Of a stretch of 20,000 nt of DNA, positions 9,635-18,174 are shown in pieces. The position numbers and the translations under genes were made by a program. The notes under the pieces were generated by a model. The model did not search any database. It was not told the origin of the DNA and saw only the letters and a list, made by a program, of their open reading frames with translations. The DNA is taken from assembly GCA_035559535.1 (NCBI GenBank), contig DATMBG010000050.1, positions 55,986-75,985 on the forward strand. The letters run 5' to 3'. Position 1 is the stretch's first letter, and each line of letters opens with the position of its first letter. This DNA comes from Candidatus Limnocylindrales bacterium. GTDB taxonomy: Bacteria; Moduliflexota; Moduliflexia; Moduliflexales; JAUQPW01.

Positions 9635-10801
9635 ATGGCCATTCCTTTAAAATACAATATTCGCAATCTTCAGGCACGCTTTGTGACCACACTGGTAACT
9701 GCCCTGAGTATTAGCTTAACCGTAGCTATCTTCATAACCCTCATGGCCCTGGCCAACGGATTAAGGATGGCCTTTGTTTCCACAGGTCATCCCAGGAACC
9801 TCATCGTGCTACGACAGAATGCGGGTACAGAGACCAACAGTACCATAACGCCGGAAGCTTTTCAGGTCCTCAAATACCTGCCCGGGGTTGCTCGAAACGA
9901 AAAAGGAGAACCCCTGGCCTCAGCAGAAACCATTGTGTTAATCAATCTGCCCCGTGTTAATACCACGGAGCGCTCCAACGTGCTCATTCGGGGTCTTTCC
10001 TTTTCGGGCCTTGCTCTTCATCCTCAAGTTAAGCTGGTGGAAGGACGATGGTTCGAGCCGGGCTCCCGGGAAATCGTGGTGAGTCGTCAGATCTCCCGTC
10101 GATTTCAGAAAACTCAGATGGGAGATACCTTACGCTTTGGAAAGGGGGATTGGAAAGTCGTAGGTATTTTTGAAGCGGCCGGTACGGCCTACGACTCTGA
10201 AATCTGGTGCGATGGAAATCAGGTAAGGGATGATTATAATCGACACCTGTATTCTTCTGTCTACCTGCAGGTAGAAGATTCTACGCTGCTGGAACCCCTT
10301 TCCAAAAGAATCCATGATGACCAGCGCCTCCAGTTAGATGCCAAGGGAGAGCTTCAGTACTACGCAGAACAAACCGGAGCCGGAAAGATTATCCAGGTTT
10401 ATGGAATGTTTATCAGTATTGTTATGGCTATCGGTTCTGGCTTTGCTGCAATGAACGCCATGTATGGGGCCGTTGTGAATCGCTTTCGGGAAATCGGTAT
10501 TCTAAGGGTATTGGGATTTTCTAAAATGAGTATCCTCCTTTCCTTTGCCCTCGAATCTTTAATTCTGGCCCTTATAGGGGGTGTGATAGGATGTTTACTG
10601 GCCCTACCGATTAACGGAATTTCAACGGGAACTACCAACTTTCAAACCTTTAGTGAGATCGCTTTTACATTTCGGGTTACCCCGGAATTACTTTTATGGG
10701 GAATGATCTTTTCCGGGCTGATCGGCCTCTGGAGCGGTTTGTTTCCGGCTGTTCGGGCAGCACGAAAACCTATCCTTGAAGCCTTGCGGGCCGTGGTTTA
10801 A
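9635..10801 (+). CDS. Second ABC transporter permease (MacB periplasmic domain + FtsX)
   Basis: LVEGRWF, NAMYGAVVNRFREIGILRVLGF, FPAVRAAR..ILEALR; 18 bp after the first permease. Confidence 0.93.
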   Translation: MAIPLKYNIRNLQARFVTTLVTALSISLTVAIFITLMALANGLRMAFVSTGHPRNLIVLRQNAGTETNSTITPEAFQVLKYLPGVARNEKGEPLASAETIVLINLPRVNTTERSNVLIRGLSFSGLALHPQVKLVEGRWFEPGSREIVVSRQISRRFQKTQMGDTLRFGKGDWKVVGIFEAAGTAYDSEIWCDGNQVRDDYNRHLYSSVYLQVEDSTLLEPLSKRIHDDQRLQLDAKGELQYYAEQTGAGKIIQVYGMFISIVMAIGSGFAAMNAMYGAVVNRFREIGILRVLGFSKMSILLSFALESLILALIGGVIGCLLALPINGISTGTTNFQTFSEIAFTFRVTPELLLWGMIFSGLIGLWSGLFPAVRAARKPILEALRAVV

Positions 10802-10849
10802 TTTTACATACCTTGTACCACCTTCTGAGCGATCTTCCCGGGGAAAGAC

Positions 10850-10879
10850 TTGACTGGTAAAATCTAAATGTATTATTAT
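10850..10879 (+). promoter_or_regulatory. Candidate internal promoter before the adaptor gene
   Basis: TTGACT (10850-10855), 18-bp spacer, TATTAT (10874-10879), in a 261-bp gap. Confidence 0.35.
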
Positions 10880-11062
10880 GTCCAATATAGGATCAATCGG
10901 GTTTTAAGGCAGGTAATTGTCTGATCGACCGAACAACCTATACCAGCTTTGCGTACCCGAGGTAACCTCACAGATCCTCTGCCCGATACAGAGAGAAGAA
11001 CTTAATTTCTTATTCGGGTAAAATGACAGGGGTTAATCAACGGGATTTGACAGATTAGAGAA

Positions 11063-12487
11063 TTGAAGAAGGCCGTGTCCGAGTTTGATTCTTTAGACGA
11101 GGAGCTTCTGAGTCTTCGGATTGATGAAGCTCAAAAAGTTGATTTCGACCGTCGATCGAGGTCTAGAAGACGTTACCTGTTCTATTTTATTTTGCTTTTG
11201 ATCCTAGCCGGAGGAAGCTGGGTCGGATGGAAATACCTTACCGGTGTACATCCTGTTGAAGTAGAGGTGGTATCGGTGCAGGTTATCCCATCGGGATCTT
11301 CAACTCCAGGCATGTTGGGAACCCAGTCTCTGCCGACAGTATTAACGGCCGGTGGTTATATCATCCCTCGCCGTAAAATTCAATTAAGCTCCAAAGTAAC
11401 CGGGCGGGTTGCTTCGGTTGAAGTCGAGAAAGGGGACCTGGTGAAAAAAGGTCAGTTACTGGTTAAATTGGAAGATGCAGAGTTTCGGGCGCAGGTAGAC
11501 GAAGCCTATGCCAATTTACAGGTAGCCCAGGCTCGTTTGAAGGAGCTGGAGATGGGTTCCCGACCCCAGGAGATCGAACAGGCAAGAGCCAATGTAGAGC
11601 TCGCCGAAGCCAACTTACGAAACGCAAAACTTAATTACGATCGGGCTATACGACTTTTTAAAAGCGGGGTTATCTCCAAAGGTGATTATGATAAAACCGA
11701 GACGGCCTATGAAGTGGCCCGGGCTCAGGTAACCGATGCAAAAAAACGTTACGAGCTGATTAAGCTGGGACCTCGACGTGAGCAAATTGAACTGGCCCGT
11801 AGTCAGGTGGAAGCTGCCAAAGCCTCTCTGGCAGGAGCCCAGACCTTCTTAGAAGCCACCGAGATAAGGGCTCCTATCGATGGAACCATCCTTGAAAAAC
11901 TGGTCGAAGTGGGAGAAATGGTTACAACTTCTTTTGTAGGGGAGCGAGGAGCCAAGTCTTCGGTGGTCTCCCTGGCCGATCTTAATGATTTGCAGGTAGA
12001 GCTGGATATAAGCCAATCCGACTTTAACAGGCTCCAGATGAATCAGAAAGCCATCGTTACCCCGGAAGCCTATTCGGATCGTAAGTATGATGGAATCTTG
12101 GTTGAGATAGCTCCGGAAGCTAACCGTCAGAAAGCTACCGTCCAGGTTAAAGTTAAAATCCTTAATCCCGATAAATATCTGCGGCCGGAGATGAATGCAA
12201 AGGTTACTTTTCTTGCCGATGAACTTCACCGGCCAGAAGGATCTCCACCCTTGTCTTCCCTGGTAAATCGTATTATTATCCCCAAATCTGCGCTTATTCG
12301 CAGTGGGAATACAGTTAGAATCTTCCTGGTACAAGATTCCAAAGCCGTAGCTCAAGAGGTTAAACTGGGAGGGGAAACAGAACAGGGATTTGAAGTGCTT
12401 GAAGGGCTGGTTGGCGGAGAGAAGGTTATTGTTAGCGGTTTGGATAAGATAAAGCCGGGGGATCCAGTGAAAATCAAGGGAATGTAG
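11063..12487 (+). CDS. Periplasmic adaptor / membrane fusion protein (MacA/HlyD-like)
   Basis: N-terminal TM, lipoyl half-motifs SSKVTGRVASVEVEKGDLVKKGQLL and IRAPIDGTI, long coiled-coil hairpin (GSRPQEIEQARA), LRPEMNAKV. Start is TTG 11063 or GTG 11075. Confidence 0.93.
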   Translation: MKKAVSEFDSLDEELLSLRIDEAQKVDFDRRSRSRRRYLFYFILLLILAGGSWVGWKYLTGVHPVEVEVVSVQVIPSGSSTPGMLGTQSLPTVLTAGGYIIPRRKIQLSSKVTGRVASVEVEKGDLVKKGQLLVKLEDAEFRAQVDEAYANLQVAQARLKELEMGSRPQEIEQARANVELAEANLRNAKLNYDRAIRLFKSGVISKGDYDKTETAYEVARAQVTDAKKRYELIKLGPRREQIELARSQVEAAKASLAGAQTFLEATEIRAPIDGTILEKLVEVGEMVTTSFVGERGAKSSVVSLADLNDLQVELDISQSDFNRLQMNQKAIVTPEAYSDRKYDGILVEIAPEANRQKATVQVKVKILNPDKYLRPEMNAKVTFLADELHRPEGSPPLSSLVNRIIIPKSALIRSGNTVRIFLVQDSKAVAQEVKLGGETEQGFEVLEGLVGGEKVIVSGLDKIKPGDPVKIKGM

Positions 12488-12521
12488 GATGGGCCGATCC
12501 TCCTGTATATAAGGATAACTC

Positions 12522-13208
12522 ATGGGTAATGCGCTGGTTCAAATCCAAAATTTAAGTAAATCCTTCCGCCGGGATTCTATTGAAATTCGGGTGTTAGAGC
12601 ATATTAACCTGGAGGTAAAAGAAGGAGAATTTCTGGCTCTTATGGGACCTTCCGGATCCGGCAAATCCACTCTGCTTAATATTATCGCAGGAATTGATAA
12701 ACCAACCACAGGAGAGGTCCGGGTTTTAAATACCCGAATTGCCTCTTTAAGCGAGGATGAGCTGGCTATCTGGCGAAATCGCCATATTGGCTTTGTTTTC
12801 CAGGCCTTCAATCTCATTCCGGTCCTGACAGCCTTTGAAAATGTCGAAATACCTTTGCTATTAACCAGGCTTTCTAAGAAAGATCGAACCCGGCAGGTTA
12901 TGACGGCGTTAAAACTGGTGGGGCTCAGTGATCGGGCTTCGCACTATCCCAGACAACTTTCCGGAGGACAGGAACAGCGGGTTGCCATAGCCCGGGCCAT
13001 TGTCACGGATCCCGACTTAATCCTGGCAGATGAACCAACTGGAGATTTAGATGCCCAGTCAGCCAATGAAGTCTTAACTATTCTGGAAAAGCTGAATAAA
13101 AGCCTTAAAAAAACCATTATCCTGGTGACCCATGACCCCCACGCAGCCCAACGTGCCACCCGCATTCAGCATCTGGAGAAAGGTACTTTGAGAAAAGATG
13201 AGGGATAG
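12522..13208 (+). CDS. ABC transporter ATP-binding protein (LolD/MacB type)
   Basis: [47 protein letters not shown]. Confidence 0.96.
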   Translation: MGNALVQIQNLSKSFRRDSIEIRVLEHINLEVKEGEFLALMGPSGSGKSTLLNIIAGIDKPTTGEVRVLNTRIASLSEDELAIWRNRHIGFVFQAFNLIPVLTAFENVEIPLLLTRLSKKDRTRQVMTALKLVGLSDRASHYPRQLSGGQEQRVAIARAIVTDPDLILADEPTGDLDAQSANEVLTILEKLNKSLKKTIILVTHDPHAAQRATRIQHLEKGTLRKDEG

Positions 13209-13212
13209 ATAA

Positions 13213-14415
13213 ATGATACATTTTGCCCATCCAGAAGGTTTTTTGCTTCTGTTTCCTGTTATGGGAGCCCTCTTCCTTTATGGAAAGAGGCAAAAAGAGG
13301 TTTTAGGGTACCCAAGTTTGAATCCGATCCTGACCCATCTGATCCCCGCCTCTCCTTTCAAACAATATTTACCCGGGGTTTTGAAATTATTATCGACTCT
13401 CCTGTGGGTGATAGCCATCTCAGATCCCCAGTATCAAGTTAAAGAGACTTTAAAAATGAGGGAGAGTCGGGAAATAATCCTTGTCCTGGATCTTTCGGAG
13501 AGCATGAGCTGGAGTTTAAGAGGGGAATTTAAAGCGGAAAATATCGAAGATTCCCGGGAGGCCGTAGCCAAAAAGGCAGTTCAGCGATTTATCGAGAGTC
13601 GAGAAGAATCAGCTTTACTGGAAAGTCATAAAAGTGGTTCTCAAACCCATCCTTATCTTCAAAACCTCGATTTTCAATCCCTGGAAACGGATAAAGATCG
13701 CATCGGTCTCATCGTATTTAGCAGTGATGCCTACGTCAAATTTCCCCCCACAACCGACTATAAAATTCTTAAAGAACATCTCTCCGAGGTCAGTTCCCAC
13801 CTCCCTGAATTGGGAACCAATACGGAATTGGAGAAAGCCCTTTTTACGGCTGTTATATTAACTCTACGACCTTTCCTTGGAGCTCAAGAAATCACAGACA
13901 TGGAAAACAACCTGAAATCGGGCTCCAACAGGCTTTATATTCCAGACTCTTTAACAAAAAGGAAATCTCCAGGTAAGGGCAAGGTCATTATTCTGTTTAC
14001 CGATGGGGAAATAGAAATCCCGACTCAAAAACCTACCGGTGCCGTCCTTGTCGATGATGGTCCTGTAAAAAAATATACCTACAACGCAGCTAAGATCGAT
14101 CTTTTAAAAACGATCCGGTTAGCAGAGGAACTGGGTATTAAAATTTATATGCTCAGCACCGGTAAAATTGCAGAGCCTTTGAAAAAGGCTATTGATGCTA
14201 CAGGAGGAAGGACTTTCACCCTCCGGGATACCGATAACTATTGGCGGGTTATTGATATGTATGAAGAAATCCATAAACTGGAAAAAGCCAGACTGGTAGA
14301 TAAAGAATATACCCGGAATGCTTCCGCTTTCCTGTGGTTCGGCTTAGCCGGTGTAGTGAGTCTGGCTTCAGGAGAAATTATTAGAAGTCTGAAGGGGTTC
14401 AGGATTATTCCTTAA
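13213..14415 (+). CDS. Membrane-anchored vWA protein (BatA/MxaC-like)
   Basis: MIHFAHP N-terminus with two hydrophobic segments, MIDAS DLSES, DRIGLIVFS, GT, LFTDGE, ATGG, C-terminal TM; starts 4 bp after the ATPase stop. Confidence 0.9.
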   Translation: MIHFAHPEGFLLLFPVMGALFLYGKRQKEVLGYPSLNPILTHLIPASPFKQYLPGVLKLLSTLLWVIAISDPQYQVKETLKMRESREIILVLDLSESMSWSLRGEFKAENIEDSREAVAKKAVQRFIESREESALLESHKSGSQTHPYLQNLDFQSLETDKDRIGLIVFSSDAYVKFPPTTDYKILKEHLSEVSSHLPELGTNTELEKALFTAVILTLRPFLGAQEITDMENNLKSGSNRLYIPDSLTKRKSPGKGKVIILFTDGEIEIPTQKPTGAVLVDDGPVKKYTYNAAKIDLLKTIRLAEELGIKIYMLSTGKIAEPLKKAIDATGGRTFTLRDTDNYWRVIDMYEEIHKLEKARLVDKEYTRNASAFLWFGLAGVVSLASGEIIRSLKGFRIIP

Positions 14416-14503
14416 CATATGGGGGGTCCGTGGCCGGTAAAAAGTCGTCAGGATTTCACCGAACAACCACGGACAAAAAACAACGGATAACGAACCGGTT
14501 CTT

Positions 14504-15301
14504 ATGTTCAGAAAACTTTTCTATATTTCCGCCAGTTTCATCGGCCTGATTTTAGGTGGTTGGTTCCTGTTTCAAGGTATTCAACGGTTAAGTTATGCGG
14601 CCTATCTCTCAGAGGTGCAGAAGGGGGACCTGGCGTTTAAAGACGGTCATTATGATGAAGCCCTGTCTTTCTATACCAAAGCCAGCGAATCCCTTTTTTC
14701 GGATAAAGCTCTCCTTCATTACAAAATCAGCAACGTATATTACCAGAAAGGAGAGGCCTTCTTTAAAGAGCTTTTAGAGAATCCGACCATGATTTATTCT
14801 CTGGTGGAGGCCGGTGCAGAGGTAGCTTCGGGTTACTATGATAAGGCCCTTACAGAGATTCAACAGATGGATGTCCAGACTATCCCGGAGGATCTGCGAT
14901 GGAAGAGCTATTACCAGCTCGGAAATATTTCTTTCCGAAAACTTCTTCTGCTGGGAGAGGAAGCCGATACCCAGAAGGTACAATCCGATATCGAGCGGTT
15001 ATTTCGTGAGGCCCTGCAACATTATAAGAATGCCTTAGATGCCCGACCTTTGAATTTAAGTCGTGAAGACAAGATTTTAGAAATCTATTTGATGCAGAAC
15101 CTGGAATATTTAACCCGGCTTTTTGACAAATATCAGGAAGAAAAAAATAAAATTAAGCCGGATATGGCCCAACATGTGGATATACAGGCTCGTGTAGACA
15201 AGCTAAAACTTTTAATGCCGGCCCTTGACCTGAGTCCCGAGGCAGACAAGGATCAAAAAGGTGGAAAATTCGGTCAGGGGTTGGATAAAGGAATTAAGTA
15301 A
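14504..15301 (+). CDS. N-terminally anchored TPR protein (BatC/MxaK-like)
   Basis: N-terminal TM; TPR-like GDLAFKDGHYDEALSFYTKA, YYQLGNISFR, EALQHYKNALDARP, NLEYLTRL. Confidence 0.8.
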   Translation: MFRKLFYISASFIGLILGGWFLFQGIQRLSYAAYLSEVQKGDLAFKDGHYDEALSFYTKASESLFSDKALLHYKISNVYYQKGEAFFKELLENPTMIYSLVEAGAEVASGYYDKALTEIQQMDVQTIPEDLRWKSYYQLGNISFRKLLLLGEEADTQKVQSDIERLFREALQHYKNALDARPLNLSREDKILEIYLMQNLEYLTRLFDKYQEEKNKIKPDMAQHVDIQARVDKLKLLMPALDLSPEADKDQKGGKFGQGLDKGIK

Positions 15302-15362
15302 CTTATTCCTGTTCCGTTATCCGGTTCTTATCCGTTAATAACGGGCAGCAGATAAAGGACAG

Positions 15363-16490
15363 ATGAGGTTTTTATATCCCTCCTCCTTCTGGCTTTTAAG
15401 TTTACTTCCCTTTCTGTGGCTTTGTTATATTTGGAGTTGGAATCAGAAACGGAAGTGGTTGAAGGATTTTGGAAACATTTCCTGGTCCTGGCGTAGACTG
15501 AGGATTCATATTCCGGTCAGCCTGGGGCTTATTTTAGCTATTTTGGCCCTCAGCCGTCCCCAGTATGCCCGGCAGGTTACGTATCTTTCTCGAGAAGGTA
15601 TTGATCTGGTCTGTGGGATTGATGTTTCCCCCAGTATGCTGGCCGAAGATGTAACTCCACCTAAAAAGACTCTGATCAGTTCTCTTTGGGATGGGCGCGA
15701 AACTTACCCTTCCTCCTTTCTTCCTTATCCTTCAGGGAAGGGAACCCCTGTTTTACCGAACCGACTCCAACGGGTAAAACAGGCGATATACGATCTTACC
15801 CAGATCCTTCAGGGAGAAAGGCTCGCCCTTTTCCTTTTCTCAAGCCGAAGTTCTAAAATTCTTCCTCTTTCCTCCGATTACAACAGCCTCCGATTTTATC
15901 TCGATTTTTACCTGGATAGTTATCATATTTCGGCCAGGGGAACCGACCTGAAAACCGCCATAAATTTAGGAACCTCCATGTTTCAAGAGGACTCCCGATA
16001 CAAAGTCCTTGTACTCTTTAGTGATGGAGAGATGGAAGAGGAGGAGGCTTTAAAAAAAGCAGTAGAGGCGTCCCAATCAGCCTGGTTAAACGAAAAGGTA
16101 CGAATTTATACCTTTGGAGTAGGTTCTGAGCAGAGCGTCCTTATCCCGATCCGTAACCAACAGGGGGAAATCGGTGGGTATTTAAAAGACGGCAAAGGAA
16201 ATTTTGTAAGGACCCAGGCAAGTCCGGCCTCTCTCATCCAAATAGCCCAAACCGGAGGGGGTCAGTTTTATTCTCTGGGTGCTTACAGTCCTGACACCTC
16301 GATAGATAAAGCGGTTCTTCAATTCATGGAGAATGTCCTGACCCACGCCCAGAATCTCAAAACCATTCAAAAAACCCGAACAGAATATCGCGATTTATTT
16401 CCCTATCTGTTTCTCTTAGCCCTTGGATTGCTGGGGGGAAGAAGCCTGATCTCCGAAACCTTAAAACTTATAACCAGGAAGAGAGGTTAG
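15363..16490 (+). CDS. Membrane-anchored vWA protein (BatB/MxaL-like)
   Basis: MRFLYP..FWLL, LALSRPQ, MIDAS DVSPSMLAEDV, PNRL, GTDL, FSDGE, IAQTGGG, C-terminal TM. Confidence 0.9.
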   Translation: MRFLYPSSFWLLSLLPFLWLCYIWSWNQKRKWLKDFGNISWSWRRLRIHIPVSLGLILAILALSRPQYARQVTYLSREGIDLVCGIDVSPSMLAEDVTPPKKTLISSLWDGRETYPSSFLPYPSGKGTPVLPNRLQRVKQAIYDLTQILQGERLALFLFSSRSSKILPLSSDYNSLRFYLDFYLDSYHISARGTDLKTAINLGTSMFQEDSRYKVLVLFSDGEMEEEEALKKAVEASQSAWLNEKVRIYTFGVGSEQSVLIPIRNQQGEIGGYLKDGKGNFVRTQASPASLIQIAQTGGGQFYSLGAYSPDTSIDKAVLQFMENVLTHAQNLKTIQKTRTEYRDLFPYLFLLALGLLGGRSLISETLKLITRKRG

Positions 16491-16497
16491 ATAACAT

Positions 16498-17673
16498 ATG
16501 AGACAGAGACTATTCCCTTTATTTTCGAATTTTTATGTTTTTACCCTTTTGACCGATACCTGGGCCAGATTTTGTTTTTCGTTCCTTGGAAGGATTGCAG
16601 GACTGGTTTTTACTTTTTGCCTTCTCTACGGGAGTGTTCCGGCAGGGGCAACAGATTATTTATCCCTGGCCAAGGAAGGAAGCTACATTATAAAAAATTT
16701 CAAGTTTAAAAGTGGTGGAGAGCTCCCGGAACTCCGAATTAACTATGCGACTTGGGGAGAACCTAAAAAAGATGAAAAGGGAAATGTTACCAATGCCGTT
16801 CTGCTTTGTCACGGAACCACCGGTAATTGGCAGAACTATGCGAATCCCTGGTGGGCTTCCAAGATGTACGGCCCGGGCCAGCCGTTGGATATCAACAAGT
16901 ATTTTGTTATCGCCTCAGATACCATTGGTTCCGGCAAGTCCAGCAAGCCCAGTGATGGGCTTAGGATGAAATTTCCCAAATTTATCATTGAAGATGTGGT
17001 TAAAGCCCAGTATATCCTGCTTACGGAAGGTTTGGGGGTTAACCACCTGCAAGCCGTTATTGGAATCTCCTTTGGAGGCCGTCAGACCTGGCAATGGGGG
17101 GTACAGTATCCGGACTTTATGAATGGAATTGTTCCCATCGCCTCTTCTCCGTTTCCCAACGCAGGACGTCGAGGAATGACAGATTTTCTGGGTATTGCGC
17201 CTATCATTCAGGATCCAACCTGGAAAAATGGAGATTATCAAGAGCAGCCACGCAACTTTCAACTGGTTTTGATGTTTTATTGGATGTTCCTGGAGGGAGC
17301 CGGGCATTTATGGGAAGAAGCCCCCACCCGGAAGCAATCTTTCAAGTATTTGCCCGAGGTCGCCAAATGGTGGTCTAAAAATTTAGATGCCAACGACTGG
17401 ATTTACTTGATGCAGGTTAATGACGGTTTTGACGTTTACAGCCAGCTCGATGAAGTCAAAGCCCGGGTTCTTATTATTAACATGGCTGGAGATGAACAGG
17501 TTCCCGTTGAACTTCAGCATGCCGAAAAAGCCGTGGAAAAGTTGGGAAATAAAGCCGAATATCTTTTAGTAAAAGAGTTCTCCGACTATGGTCATTTTGC
17601 CGCCTCAAAAACCATTGATATCTACGGACCTAAAATTGGGGAATTTTTAAAAAAACTTGCAACCCCCCAATAA
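16498..17673 (+). CDS. Alpha/beta hydrolase, homoserine O-acetyltransferase (MetX)-like, probable signal peptide
   Basis: NAVLLCHGTTG, GPGQPLDINKYFVI, nucleophile elbow GISFGG, LDANDWIY, candidate Asp in AGDE and His in YGHF; about 50 aa hydrophobic N-terminal extension ending in AGA. Confidence 0.85.
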   Translation: MRQRLFPLFSNFYVFTLLTDTWARFCFSFLGRIAGLVFTFCLLYGSVPAGATDYLSLAKEGSYIIKNFKFKSGGELPELRINYATWGEPKKDEKGNVTNAVLLCHGTTGNWQNYANPWWASKMYGPGQPLDINKYFVIASDTIGSGKSSKPSDGLRMKFPKFIIEDVVKAQYILLTEGLGVNHLQAVIGISFGGRQTWQWGVQYPDFMNGIVPIASSPFPNAGRRGMTDFLGIAPIIQDPTWKNGDYQEQPRNFQLVLMFYWMFLEGAGHLWEEAPTRKQSFKYLPEVAKWWSKNLDANDWIYLMQVNDGFDVYSQLDEVKARVLIINMAGDEQVPVELQHAEKAVEKLGNKAEYLLVKEFSDYGHFAASKTIDIYGPKIGEFLKKLATPQ

Positions 17674-17691
17674 GGGAGGATAACTATCGAT

Positions 17692-17770
17692 TTCTGACCT
17701 TCCCAACCGCCTGCTTAATCGCCTTTTGCAGATGTGTTTCATGAAGATGAAACCGTCGGTATTCTTCTGT
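17692..17770 (-). pseudogene. intI: Fragment of a second integron integrase
   Basis: 69/79 nt identical to 18360-18438; reads TEEYRRFHLHETHLQKAIKQAVGKVR versus TGEYRRYHLHETHVQKAIKQAVGKAR in the intact gene. Confidence 0.88.
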
Positions 17771-17986
17771 ACAGGATATCCAGAGAGAAGAAGCTAAAAT
17801 AGCAGAAAAAACTTGTCGAGGATTTAGGTATGGATAGAGTATAAATAAATATAAACAAAGGACGATGTAGGATTTCGGGCACCAGTGAGCGGGTCCAAAT
17901 CAGAAGATCTGTTGCTGCATAGAGACATGGAGGACTTTCCAACGTTGTGGAGTTATCCAGAAACTGTATAATAATTTGTTAGCCGT
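17771..17986 (+). repeat. Diverged copy of the integron promoter/attI region with core site GTTAGCC at 17978-17984
   Basis: Aligns with 19657-19864; the ungapped block 17895-17986 versus 19773-19864 is 77/92 identical, and similarity ends 2 nt after the GTTAGnC core. Confidence 0.88.
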
Positions 17987-18174
17987 CCATCATCCTTGCA
18001 AGATGATTCATGTGGCAAGAAACTGGAAGTTTCTTAGCGGCTGTCCATGAAATGATGATTTCCCCCCAACCATGAAAATTTTTATCTGTAGAAGAATAAA
18101 GGAGTTAGTTACTAATTTTCATAGCAGCAGGCTTTGATTAACGCCCATCAACAGATCGAGGCACCAGGAAAACG

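Noticed and set aside
10900-10990. Minus-strand GGGTACGCAAAGC resembling part of a c-di-GMP-I riboswitch
   Set aside because: Antisense to the downstream gene and lacks the GNRA-capped stem; an Rfam search would settle it.
17739-17942. 67-aa minus-strand ORF
   Set aside because: It crosses the duplicated promoter/attI region and the deletion junction; better explained as noncoding remnant.
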